From Auanema rhodensis (Eukaryota > Animalia > Nematoda): a stretch of DNA of 64,000 nt. Location: the NCBI GenBank assembly GCA_964057225.1, contig OZ059895.1:2294001-2358000 (forward strand), read 5' to 3'. Shown one piece after another: positions 25,624-39,663 of the stretch; positions within the stretch are counted from its first letter, which is position 1; each line of letters starts with the position of its first letter. The position numbers and the translations under genes were made by a program. Under the pieces are notes generated by a model. That model did not search any database. It was not told where the DNA came from and saw only the letters and a program-made list of their open reading frames with translations.

Positions 25624-28600
25624 GATTTGCGCTAGCTTAAAAATGCACCGAGATATCAACTGATATAAGTTCACACTTATATCCTCGATTTTCACCCTGA
25701 AGAATTGATTTTTTCGTTGAATAACATTGTCTATCGTCTTTGCCTTGAAAAATGGAATCTAAAAACATCTACTTTTTGCTAAATTATTTTGAAATTTTTC
25801 GAAAAAATTTTTGTCAAAATGTTTTTGGAAGCAATGTTGAGTGTACATGGAAACTCAACATACACTAATGCATCATTTTTCAAACGATCATAACTAATTT
25901 TTGTATCAAGCGTTTCTCAATGTAGTATAGTGCATTCGATGCGGTTTTTTAAGCTGCGTCGATCTGTGTTATCAGATTTGCGCTAGCTTAAAAATGCACC
26001 GAGATATCAACTGATATAAGTTCACACTTATATCCTCGATTTTCACCCTGAAGAATTGATTTTTTCGTTGAATAACATTGTCTATCGTCTTTGCCTTGAA
26101 AAATGGAATCTAAAAACATCTACTTTTTGCTAAATTATTTTGAAATTTTTCGAAAAAATTTTTGTCAAAATGTTTTTGGAAGCAATGTTGAGTGTACATG
26201 GAAACTCAACATACACTAATGCATCATTTTTCAAACGATCATAACTAATTTTTGTATCAAGCGTTTCTCGATGTAGTATAGTGCATTCGATGCGGATTTT
26301 TAAGCTGCGTCGATCTGTGTTATCAGATTTGCGCTAGCTTAAAAATGCACCGAGATATCAACTGATATAAGTTCACACTTATATCCTCGATTTTCACCCT
26401 GAAGAATTAATTTTTTCGTTGAATAACATTGTCTATCGTCTTTGCCTTGAAAAATGGAATCTAAAAACATCTACTTTTTGCTAAATTATTTTGAAATTTT
26501 TCGAAAAAATTTTTGTCAAAATGTTTTTGGAAGCAATATTGAGTGTACATGGAAACTCAACATACACTAATGCATCATTTTTCAAACAATCATAACTAAT
26601 TTGTGTATTAAGCGTTTCTCAATGTAGTATAGTGCATTCGATGCGGATTTTTAAGCTGCGTCGATCTGTGTTATCAGATTTGCGCTAGCTTAAAAATGCA
26701 CCGAGATATCAACTGATATAAGTTCACACTTATACCCTCGATTTTCACCCTGAAGAATTGATTTTTTCGTTGAATAACATTGTCTATCGTCTTTGCCTTG
26801 AAAAATGGAATCTAAAAACATCTACTTTTTGCTAAATTATTTTGAAATTTTTCGAAAAAATTTTTGTCAAAATGTTTTTGGAAGCAATGTTGAGTGTACA
26901 TGGAAACTCAACATACACTAATGCATCATTTTTCAAACAATCATAACTAATTTGTGTATTAAGCGTTTCTAAATGTAGTATAGTGCATTCGATGCGGATT
27001 TTTAAGCTGCGTCGATCTGTGTTATCAGATTTGCGCTAGCTTAAAAATGCACCGAGATATCAACTGATATAAGTTCACACTTATATCCTCGATTTTCACC
27101 CTGAAGAATTGATTTTTTCGTTGAATAACATTGTCTATCGTCTTTGCCTTGAAAAATGGAATCTAAAAACATCTACTTTTTGCTAAATTATTTTGAAATT
27201 TTTCGAAAAACTTTTTGTCAAAATGTTTTTGGAAGCAATATTGAGTGTACATGGAAACTCAACATACACTAATGCATCATTTTTCAAACAATCATAACTA
27301 ATTTGTGTATTAAGCGTTTCTCAATGTAGTATAGTGCATTCGATGCGGATTTTTAAGCTGCGTCGATCTGTGTTATCAGATTTGCGCTAGCTTAAAAATG
27401 CACCGAGATATCAACTGATATAAGTTCACACTTATATCCTCGATTTTCACCCTGAAGAATTAATTTTTTCGTTGAATAACATTGTCTATCGTCTTTGCCT
27501 AGAAAAATGGAATCTAAAAACATCTACTTTTTGCTAAATTATTTTGAAATTTTTCGAAAAAATTTTTGTCAAAATGTTTTTGGAAGCAATGTTGAGTGTA
27601 CATGGAAACTCAACATACACTAATGCATCATTTTTCAAACGATCATAACTAATTTTTGTATTAAGCGTTTCTCAATGTAGTATAGTGCATTCGAATCGGA
27701 TTTTTAAGCTGCGTCGATTTGTGTTATCAGATTTGCGCTAGCTTAAAAATGCACCGAGATATCAACTGATATAAGTTCACACTTATATCCTCGATTTTCA
27801 CCCTGAAGAATTGATTTTTTCGTTGAATAACATTGTCTATCGTCTTTGCCTTGAAAAATGGAATCTAAAAACATCTACTTTTTGCTAAATTATTTTGAAA
27901 TTTTTCGAAAAAATTTTTGTCAAAATGTTTTTGGAAGCAATATTGAGTGTACATGGAAACTCAACATACACTAATGCATCATTTTTCAAACAATCATAAC
28001 TAATTTGTGTATTAAGCGTTTCTCAATGTAGTATAGTGCATTCGATGCGGATTTTTAAGCTGCGTCGATCTGTGTTATCAGATTTGCGCTAGCTTAAAAA
28101 TGCACCGAGATATCAACTGATATAAGTTCACACTTATATCCTCGATTTTCACCCTGAAGAATTGATTTTTTCGTTGAATAACATTGTCTATCGTCTTTGC
28201 CTTGAAAAATGGAATCTAAAAACATCTACTTTTTGCTAAATTATTTTGAAATTTTTCGAAAAAATTTTTGTCAAAATGTTTTTGGAAGCAATATTGAGTG
28301 TACATGGAAACTCAACATACACTAATGCATCATTTTTCAAACAATCATAACTAATTTGTGTATTAAGCGTTTCTCAATGTAGTATAGTGCATTCGATGCG
28401 GATTTTTAAGCTGCGTCGATCTGTGTTATCAGATTTGCGCTAGCTTAAAAATGCACCGAGATATCAACTGATATAAGTTCACACTTATATCCTCGATTTT
28501 CACCCTGAAGAATTGATTTTTTCGTTGAATAACATTGTCTATCGTCTTTGCCTTGAAAAATGGAATCTAAAAACATCTACTTTTTGCTAAATTATTTTGA

Positions 28601-31600
28601 AATTTTTCGAAAAAATTTTTGTCAAAATGTTTTTGGAAGCAATATTGAGTGTACATGGAAACTCAACATACACTAATGCATCATTTTTCAAACAATCATA
28701 ACTAATTTGTGTATTAAGCGTTTCTCAATGTAGTATAGTGCATTCGATGCGGATTTTTAAGCTGCGTCGATCTGTGTTATCAGATTTGCGCTAGCTTAAA
28801 AATGCACCGAGATATCAACTGATATAAGTTCACACTTATATCCTCGATTTTCACCCTGAAGAATTGATTTTTTCGTTGAATAACATTGTCTATCGTCTTT
28901 GCCTTGAAAAATGGAATCTAAAAACATCTACTTTTTGCTAAATTATTTTGAAATTTTTCGAAAAAATTTTTGTCAAAATGTTTTTGGAAGCAATGTTGAG
29001 TGTACATGGAAACTCAACATACACTAATGCATCATTTTTCAAACGATCATAACTAATTTTTGTATCAAGCGTTTCTCAATGTAGTATAGTGCATTCGATG
29101 CGGTTTTTTAAGCTGCGTCGATCTGTGTTATCAGATTTGCGCTAGCTTAAAAATGCACCGAGATATCAACTGATATAAGTTCACACTTATATCCTCGATT
29201 TTCACCCTGAAGAATTGATTTTTTCGTTGGATAACATTGTCTATCGTCTTTGCCTTGAAAAATGGAATCTAAAAACATCTACTTTTTGCTAAATTATTTT
29301 GAAATTTTTCGAAAAAATTTTTGTCAAAATGTTTTTGGAAGCAATGTTGAGTGTACATGGAAACTCAACATACACTAATGCATCATTTTTCAAACGATCA
29401 TAACTAATTTTTGTATCAAGCGTTTCTCGATGTAGTATAGTGCATTCGATGCGGATTTTTAAGCTGCGTCGATCTGTGTTATCAGATTTGCGCTAGCTTA
29501 AAAATGCACCGAGATATCAACTGATATAAGTTCACACTTATATCCTCGATTTTCACCCTGAAGAATTGATTTTTTCGTTGAATAACATTGTCTATCGTCT
29601 TTGCCTTGAAAAATGGAATCTAAAAACATCTACTTTTTGCTAAATTATTTTGAAATTTTTCGAAAAACTTTTTGTCAAAATGTTTTTGGAAGCAATATTG
29701 AGTGTACATGGAAACTCAACATACACTAATGCATCATTTTTCAAACAATCATAACTAATTTGTGTATTAAGCGTTTCTCAATGTAGTATAGTGCATTCGA
29801 TGCGGATTTTTAAGCTGCGTCGATCTGTGTTATCAGATTTGCGCTAGCTTAAAAATGCACCGAGATATCAACTGATATAAGTTCACACTTATATCCTCGA
29901 TTTTCACCCTGAAGAATTGATTTTTTCGTTGAATAACATTGTCTATCGTCTTTGCCTTGAAAAATGGAATCTAAAAACATCTACTTTTTGCTAAATTATT
30001 TTGAAATTTTTCGAAAAAATTTTTGTCAAAATGTTTTTGGAAGCAATGTTGAGTGTACATGGAAACTCAACATACACTAATGCATCATTTTTCAAACAAT
30101 CATAACTAATTTGTGTATTAAGCGTTTCTCAATGTAGTATAGTGCATTCGATGCGGATTTTTAAGCTGCGTCGATCTGTGTTATCAGATTTGCGCTAGCT
30201 TAAAAATGCACCGAGATATCAACTGATATAAGTTCACACTTATATCCTCGATTTTCACCCTGAAGAATTGATTTTTTCGTTGAATAACATTGTCTATCGT
30301 CTTTGCCTTGAAAAATGGAATCTAAAAACATCTACTTTTTGCTAAATTATTTTGAAATTTTTCGAAAAAATTTTTGTCAAAATGTTTTTGGAAGCAATGT
30401 TGAGTGTACATGGAAACTCAACATACACTAATGCATCATTTTTCAAACGATCATAACTAATTTTTGTATCAAGCGTTTCTCAATGTAGTATAGTGCATTC
30501 GATGCGGTTTTTTAAGCTGCGTCGATCTGTGTTATCAGATTTGCGCTAGCTTAAAAATGCACCGAGATATCAACTGATATAAGTTCACACTTATATCCTC
30601 GATTTTCACCCTGAAGAATTGATTTTTTCGTTGAATAACATTGTCTATCGTCTTTGCCTTGAAAAATGGAATCTAAAAACATCTACTTTTTGCTAAATTA
30701 TTTTGAAATTTTTCGAAAAAATTTTTGTCAAAATGTTTTTGGAAGCAATGTTGAGTGTACATGGAAACTCAACATACACTAATGCATCATTTTTCAAACG
30801 ATCATAACTAATTTTTGTATCAAGCGTTTCTCGATGTAGTATAGTGCATTCGATGCGGATTTTTAAGCTGCGTCGATCTGTGTTATCAGATTTGCGCTAG
30901 CTTAAAAATGCACCGAGATATCAACTGATATAAGTTCACACTTATATCCTCGATTTTCACCCTGAAGAATTAATTTTTTCGTTGAATAACATTGTCTATC
31001 GTCTTTGCCTTGAAAAATGGAATCTAAAAACATCTACTTTTTGCTAAATTATTTTGAAATTTTTCGAAAAAATTTTTGTCAAAATGTTTTTGGAAGCAAT
31101 ATTGAGTGTACATGGAAACTCAACATACACTAATGCATCATTTTTCAAACAATCATAACTAATTTGTGTATTAAGCGTTTCTCAATGTAGTATAGTGCAT
31201 TCGATGCGGATTTTTAAGCTGCGTCGATCTGTGTTATCAGATTTGCGCTAGCTTAAAAATGCACCGAGATATCAACTGATATAAGTTCACACTTATACCC
31301 TCGATTTTCACCCTGAAGAATTGATTTTTTCGTTGGATAACATTGTCTATCGTCTTTGCCTTGAAAAATGGAATCTAAAAACATCTACTTTTTGCTAAAT
31401 TATTTTGAAATTTTTCGAAAAAATTTTTGTCAAAATGTTTTTGGAAGCAATATTGAGTGTACATGGAAACTCAACATACACTAATGCATCATTTTTCAAA
31501 CAATCATAACTAATTTGTGTATTAAGCGTTTCTAAATGTAGTATAGTGCATTCGATGCGGATTTTTAAGCTGCGTCGATCTGTGTTATCAGATTTGCGCT

Positions 31601-34600
31601 AGCTTAAAAATGCACCGAGATATCAACTGATATAAGTTCACACTTATATCCTCGATTTTCACCCTGAAGAATTAATTTTTTCGTTGAATAACATTGTCTA
31701 TCGTCTTTGCCTTGAAAAATGGAATCTAAAAACATCTACTTTTTGCTAAATTATTTTGAAATTTTTCGAAAAAATTTTTGTCAAAATGTTTTTGGAAGCA
31801 ATATTGAGTGTACATGGAAACTCAACATACACTAATGCATCATTTTTCAAACAATCATAACTAATTTGTGTATTAAGCGTTTCTCAATGTAGTATAGTGC
31901 ATTCGATGCGGATTTTTAAGCTGCGTCGATCTGTGTTATCAGATTTGCGCTAGCTTAAAAATGCACCGAGATATCAACTGATATAAGTTCACACTTATAC
32001 CCTCGATTTTCACCCTGAAGAATTGATTTTTTCGTTGAATAACATTGTCTATCGTCTTTGCCTTGAAAAATGGAATCTAAAAACATCTACTTTTTGCTAA
32101 ATTATTTTGAAATTTTTCGAAAAAATTTTTGTCAAAATGTTTTTGGAAGCAATGTTGAGTGTACATGGAAACTCAACATACACTAATGCATCATTTTTCA
32201 AACAATCATAACTAATTTGTGTATTAAGCGTTTCTAAATGTAGTATAGTGCATTCGATGCGGATTTTTAAGCTGCGTCGATCTGTGTTATCAGATTTGCG
32301 CTAGCTTAAAAATGCACCGAGATATCAACTGATATAAGTTCACACTTATATCCTCGATTTTCACCCTGAAGAATTGATTTTTTCGTTGAATAACATTGTC
32401 TATCGTCTTTGCCTTGAAAAATGGAATCTAAAAACATCTACTTTTTGCTAAATTATTCTGAAATTTTTCGAAAAACTTTTTGTCAAAATGTTTTTGGAAG
32501 CAATATTGAGTGTACATGGAAACTCAACATACACTAATGCATCATTTTTCAAACAATCATAACTAATTTGTGTATTAAGCGTTTCTCAATGTAGTATAGT
32601 GCATTCGATGCGGATTTTTAAGCTGCGTCGATCTGTGTTATCAGATTTGCGCTAGCTTAAAAATGCACCGAGATATCAACTGATATAAGTTCACACTTAT
32701 ATCCTCGATTTTCACCCTGAAGAATTGATTTTTTCGTTGAATAACATTGTCTATCGTCTTTGCCTTGAAAAATGGAATCTAAAAACATCTACTTTTTGCT
32801 AAATTATTTTGAAATTTTTCGAAAAAATTTTTGTCAAAATGTTTTTGGAAGCAATGTTGAGTGTACATGGAAACTCAACATACACTAATGCATCATTTTT
32901 CAAACGATCATAACTAATTTTTGTATCAAGCGTTTCTCAATGTAGTATAGTGCATTCGATGCGGATTTTTAAGCTGCGTCGATCTGTGTTATCAGATTTG
33001 CGCTAGCTTAAAAATGCACCGAGATATCAACTGATATAAGTTCACACTTATATCCTCGATTTTCACCCTGAAGAATTAATTTTTTCGTTGAATAACATTG
33101 TCTATCGTCTTTGCCTTGAAAAATGGAATCTAAAAACATCTACTTTTTGCTAAATTATTTTGAAATTTTTCGAAAAAATTTTTGTCAAAATGTTTTTGGA
33201 AGCAATATTGAGTGTACATGGAAACTCAACATACACTAATGCATCATTTTTCAAACAATCATAACTAATTTGTGTATTAAGCGTTTCTCAATGTAGTATA
33301 GTGCATTCGATGCGGTTTTTTAAGCTGCGTCGATCTGTGTTATCAGATTTGCGCTAGCTTAAAAATGCACCGAGATATCAACTGATATAAGTTCACACTT
33401 ATATCCTCGATTTTCACCCTGAAGAATTGATTTTTTCGTTGAATAACATTGTCTATCGTCTTTGCCTTGAAAAATGGAATCTAAAAACATCTACTTTTTG
33501 CTAAATTATTTTGAAATTTTTCGAAAAAATTTTTGTCAAATTGTTTTTGGAAGCAATGTTGAGTGTACATGGAAACTCAACATACACTAATGCATCATTT
33601 TTCAAACGATCATAACTAATTTTTGTATTAAGCGTTTCTCAATGTAGTATAGTGCATTCGAATCGGATTTTTAAGCTGCGTCGATTTGTGTTATCAGATT
33701 TGCGCTAGCTTAAAAATGCCCCGAGATATCAACTGATATAAGTTCACACTTATATCCTCGATTTTCACCCTGAAGAATTGATTTTTTCGTTGAATAACAT
33801 TGTCTATCGTCTTTGCCTTGAAAAATGGAATCTAAAAACATCTACTTTTTGCTAAATTATTTTGAAATTTTTCGAAAAAATTTTTGTCAAAATGTTTTTG
33901 GAAGCAATATTGAGTGTACATGGAAACTCAACATACACTAATGCATCATTTTTCAAACAATCATAACTAATTTGTGTATTAAGCGTTTCTCAATGTAGTA
34001 TAGTGCATTCGATGCGGATTTTTAAGCTGCGTCGATCTGTGTTATCAGATTTGCGCTAGCTTAAAAATGCACCGAGATATCAACTGATATAAGTTCACAC
34101 TTATATCCTCGATTTTCACCCTGAAGAATTGATTTTTTCGTTGAATAACATTGTCTATCGTCTTTGCCTTGAAAAATGGAATCTAAAAACATCTACTTTT
34201 TGCTAAATTATTTTGAAATTTTTCGAAAAAATTTTTGTCAAAATGTTTTTGGAAGCAATGTTGAGTGTACATGGAAACTCAACATACACTAATGCATCAT
34301 TTTTCAAACGATCATAACTAATTTTTGTATTAAGCGTTTCTCAATGTAGTATAGTGCATTCGAATCGGATTTTTAAGCTGCGTCGATTTGTGTTATCAGA
34401 TTTGCGCTAGCTTAAAAATGCCCCGAGATATCAACTGATATAAGTTCACACTTATATCCTCGATTTTCACCCTGAAGAATTGATTTTTTCGTTGATTAAC
34501 ATTGTCTATCGTCTTTGCCTTGAAAAATGGAATCTAAAAACATCTACTTTTTGCTAAATTATTTTGAAATTTTTCGAAAAAATTTTTGTCAAAATGTTTT

Positions 34601-37557
34601 TGGAAGCAATGTTGAGTGTACATGGAAACTCAACATACACTAATGCATCATTTTTCAAACGATCATAACTAATTTTTGTATCAAGCGTTTCTCGATGTAG
34701 TATAGTGCATTCGATGCGGATTTTTAAGCTGCGTCGATCTGTGTTATCAGATTTGCGCTAGCTTAAAAATGCACCGAGATATCAACTGATATAAGTTCAC
34801 ACTTATATCCTCGATTTTCACCCTGAAGAATTAATTTTTTCGTTGAATAACATTGTCTATCGTCTTTGCCTTGAAAAATGGAATCTAAAAACATCTACTT
34901 TTTGCTAAATTATTTTGAAATTTTTCGAAAAAATTTTTGTCAAAATGTTTTTGGAAGCAATATTGAGTGTACATGGAAACTCAACATACACTAATGCATC
35001 ATTTTTCAAACAATCATAACTAATTTGTGTATTAAGCGTTTCTCAATGTAGTATAGTGCATTCGATGCGGTTTTTTAAGCTGCGTCGATCTGTGTTATCA
35101 GATTTGCGCTAGCTTAAAAATGCACCGAGATATCAACTGATATAAGTTCACACTTATATCCTCGATTTTCACCCTGAAGAATTGATTTTTTCGTTGAATA
35201 ACATTGTCTATCGTCTTTGCCTTGAAAAATGGAATCTAAAAACATCTACTTTTTGCTAAATTATTTTGAAATTTTTCGAAAAAATTTTTGTCAAAATGTT
35301 TTTGGAAGCAATGTTGAGTGTACATGGAAACTCAACATACACTAATGCATCATTTTTCAAACGATCAAAACTAATTTTTGTATTAAGCGTTTCTCAATGT
35401 AGTATAGTGCATTCGAATCGGATTTTTAAGCTGCGTCGATTTGTGTTATCAGATTTGCGCTAGCTTAAAAATGCCCCGAGATATCAACTGATATAAGTTC
35501 ACACTTATATCCTCGATTTTCACCCTGAAGAATTGATTTTTTCGTTGAATAACATTGTCTATCGTCTTTGCCTTGAAAAATGGAATCTAAAAACATCTAC
35601 TTTTTGCTAAATTATTTTGAAATTTTTCGAAAAAATTTTTGTCAAAATGTTTTTGGAAGCAATGTTGAGTGTACATGGAAACTCAACATACACTAATGCA
35701 TCATTTTTCAAACGATCATAACTAATTTTTGTATCAAGCGTTTCTCGATGTAGTATAGTGCATTCGATGCGGATTTTTAAGCTGCGTCGATCTGTGTTAT
35801 CAGATTTGCGCTAGCTTAAAAATGCACCGAGATATCAACTGATATAAGTTCACACTTATATCCTCGATTTTCACCCTGAAGAATTAATTTTTTCGTTGAA
35901 TAACATTGTCTATCGTCTTTGCCTTGAAAAATGGAATCTAAAAACATCTACTTTTTGCTAAATTATTTTGAAATTTTTCGAAAAAATTTTTGTCAAAATG
36001 TTTTTGGAAGCAATATTGAGTGTACATGGAAACTCAACATACACTAATGCATCATTTTTCAAACAATCATAACTAATTTTTGTATCAAGCGTTTCTCAAT
36101 GTAGTATAGTGCATTCGATGCGGATTTTTAAGCTGCGTCGATCTGTGTTATCAGATTTGCGCTAGCTTAAAAATGCACCGAGATATCAACTGATATAAGT
36201 TCACACTTATATCCTCGATTTTCACCCTGAAGAATTGATTTTTTCGTTGAATAACATTGTCTATCGTCTTTGCCTTGAAAAATGGAATCTAAAAACATCT
36301 ACTTTTTGCTAAATTATTTTGAAATTTTTCGAAAAAATTTTTGTCAAAATGTTTTTGGAAGCAATGTTGAGTGTACATGGAAACTCAACATACACTAATG
36401 CATCATTTTTCAAACAATCATAACTAATTTGTGTATTAAGCGTTTCTCAATGTAGTATAGTGCATTCGATGCGGTTTTTTAAGCTGCGTCGATCTGTGTT
36501 ATCAGATTTGCGCTAGCTTAAAAATGCACCGAGATATCAACTGATATAAGTTCACACTTATATCCTCGATTTTCACCCTGAAGAATTGATTTTTTCGTTG
36601 AATAACATTGTCTATCGTCTTTGCCTTGAAAAATGGAATCTAAAAACATCTACTTTTTGCTAAATTATTTTGAAATTTTTCGAAAAAATTTTTGTCAAAA
36701 TGTTTTTGGAAGCAATGTTGAGTGTACATGGAAACTCAACATACACTAATGCATCATTTTTCAAACGATCATAACTAATTTTTGTATTAAGCGTTTCTCA
36801 ATGTAGTATAGTGCATTCGAATCGGATTTTTAAGCTGCGTCGATTTGTGTTATCAGATTTGCGCTAGCTTAAAAATGCCCCGAGATATCAACTGATATAA
36901 GTTCACACTTATATCCTCGATTTTCACCCTGAAGAATTGATTTTTTCGTTGAATAACATTGTCTATCGTCTTTGCCTTGAAAAATGGAATCTAAAAACAT
37001 CTACTTTTTGCTAAATTATTTTGAAATTTTTCGAAAAAATTTTTGTCAAAATGTTTTTGGAAGCAATGTTGAGTGTACATGGAAACTCAACATACACTAA
37101 TGCATCATTTTTCAAACGATCATAACTAATTTTTGTATCAAGCGTTTCTCGATGTAGTATAGTGCATTCGATGCGGATTTTTAAGCTGCGTCGATCTGTG
37201 TTATCAGATTTGCGCTAGCTTAAAAATGCACCGAGATATCAACTGATATAAGTTCACACTTATATCCTCGATTTTCACCCTGAAGAATTAATTTTTTCGT
37301 TGAATAACATTGTCTATCGTCTTTGCCTTGAAAAATGGAATCTAAAAACATCTACTTTTTGCTAAATTATTTTGAAATTTTTCGAAAAAATTTTTGTCAA
37401 AATGTTTTTGGAAGCAATATTGAGTGTACATGGAAACTCAACATACACTAATGCATCATTTTTCAAACAATCATAACTAATTTGTGTATTAAGCGTTTCT
37501 CAATGTAGTATAGTGCATTCGATGCGGATTTTTAAGCTGCGTCGATCTGTGTTATCA

Positions 37558-39663
37558 GATTTGCGCTAGCTTAAAAATGCACCGAGATATCAACTGATAT
37601 AAGTTCACACTTATATCCTCGATTTTCACCCTGAAGAATTGATTTTTTCGTTGAATAACATTGTCTATCGTCTTTGCCTTGAAAAATGGAATCTAAAAAC
37701 ATCTACTTTTTGCTAAATTATTTTGAAATTTTTCGAAAAAATTTTTGTCAAAATGTTTTTGGAAGCAATGTTGAGTGTACATGGAAACTCAACATACACT
37801 AATGCATCATTTTTCAAACGATCATAACTAATTTTTGTATCAAGCGTTTCTCAATGTAGTATAGTGCATTCGATGCGGATTTTTAAGCTGCGTCGATCTG
37901 TGTTATCAGATTTGCGCTAGCTTAAAAATGCACCGAGATATCAACTGATATAAGTTCACACTTATATCCTCGATTTTCACCCTGAAGAATTAATTTTTTC
38001 GTTGAATAACATTGTCCATCGTCTTTGCCTGGAAAAATGGAATCTAAAAACATCTACTTTTTGCTAAATTATTTTGAAATTTTTCGAAAAAATTTTTGTC
38101 AAAATGTTTTTGGAAGCAATGTTGAGTGTACATGGAAACTCAACATACACTAATGCATCATTTTTCAAACAATCATAACTAATTTGTGTATTAAGCGTTT
38201 TTCAATGTAGTATAGTGCATTCGATGCGGATTTTTAAGCTGCGTCGATCTGTGTTATCAGATTTGCGCTAGCTTAAAAATGCACCGAGATATCAACTGAT
38301 ATAAGTTCACACTTATATCCTCGATTTTCACCCTGAAGAATTAATTTTTTCGTTGAATAATATTGTCCATCGTCTTTGCCTGGAAAAATGGAATCTAAAA
38401 ACATCTACTTTTTGCTAAATTATTTTGAAATTTTTCGAAAAAATTTTTGTCAAAATGTTTTTGGAAGCAATGTTGAGTGTACATGGAAACTCAACATACA
38501 CTAATGCATCATTTTTCAAACAATCATAACTAATTTGTGTTTTAAGCGTTTTTCAATGTAGTATAGTGCATTCGATGCGGATTTTTAAGCTGCGTCGATC
38601 TGTGTTATCAGATTTGCGCTAGCTTAAAAATGCACCGAGATATCAACTGATATAAGTTCACACTTATATCCTCGATTTTCACCCTGAAGAATTGATTTTT
38701 TCGTTGAATAACATTGTCTATCGTCTTTGCCTTGAAAAATGGAATCTAAAAACATCTACTTTTTGCTAAATTATTTTGAAATTTTTCGAAAAAATTTTTG
38801 TCAAAATGTTTTTGGAAGCAATGTTGAGTGTACATGGAAACTCAACATACACTAATGCATCATTTTTCAAACGATCATAACTAATTTTTGTATCAAGCGT
38901 TTCTCAATGTAGTATAGTGCATTCGATGCGGATTTTTAAGCTGCGTCGATCTGTGTTATCAGATTTGCGCTAGCTTAAAAATGCACCGAGATATCAACTG
39001 ATATAAGTTCACACTTATATCCTCGATTTTCACCCTGAAGAATTAATTTTTTCGTTGAATAACATTGTCCATCGTCTTTGCCTGGAAAAATGGAATCTAA
39101 AAACATCTACTTTTTGCTAAATTATTTTGAAATTTTTCGAAAAAATTTTTGTCAAAATGTTTTTGGAAGCAATGTTGAGTGTACATGGAAACTCAACATA
39201 CACTAATGCATCATTTTTCAAACAATCATAACTAATTTGTGTATTAAGCGTTTTTCAATGTAGTATAGTGCATTCGATGCGGATTTTTAAGCTGCGTCGA
39301 TCTGTGTTATCAGATTTGCGCTAGCTTAAAAATGCACCGAGATATCAACTGATATAAGTTCACACTTATATCCTCGATTTTCACCCTGAAGAATTAATTT
39401 TTTCGTTGAATAATATTGTCCATCGTCTTTGCCTGGAAAAATGGAATCTAAAAACATCTACTTTTTGCTAAATTATTTTGAAATTTTTCGAAAAAATTTT
39501 TGTCAAAATGTTTTTGGAAGCAATGTTGAGTGTACATGGAAACTCAACATACACTAATGCATCATTTTTCAAACAATCATAACTAATTTGTGTTTTAAGC
39601 GTTTTTCAATGTAGTATAGTGCATTCGATGCGGATTTTTAAGCTGCGTCGATCTGTGTTATCA
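37558..39663. repeat. 3-monomer (1053 bp) higher-order repeat, M108-110 / M111-113
   Basis: The unit [84G,284C][109C,123G,293T][102T,109C,123G,282T,293T] is repeated. It recurs at M123-125 and, without 102T, at M133-135 and M136-138. Confidence 0.82.

Larger units (their letters stand above)
1..37908. repeat. Left satellite domain (M1-M108)
   Basis: Carries 317-318AT (TCGAATCGG), 341T, 322T, 24C, 53T, 123A and frequent 213A and 84G. It lacks 109C/123G. Confidence 0.88.

Noticed and set aside
35266-35463. 65-aa + strand ORF (MKFFEKIF...)
   Set aside because: It exists only because a private T>A at 35368 turns the TAA found in other monomers into AAA. It has a TTG start, a composition driven by A/T tracts and no recognisable domain.
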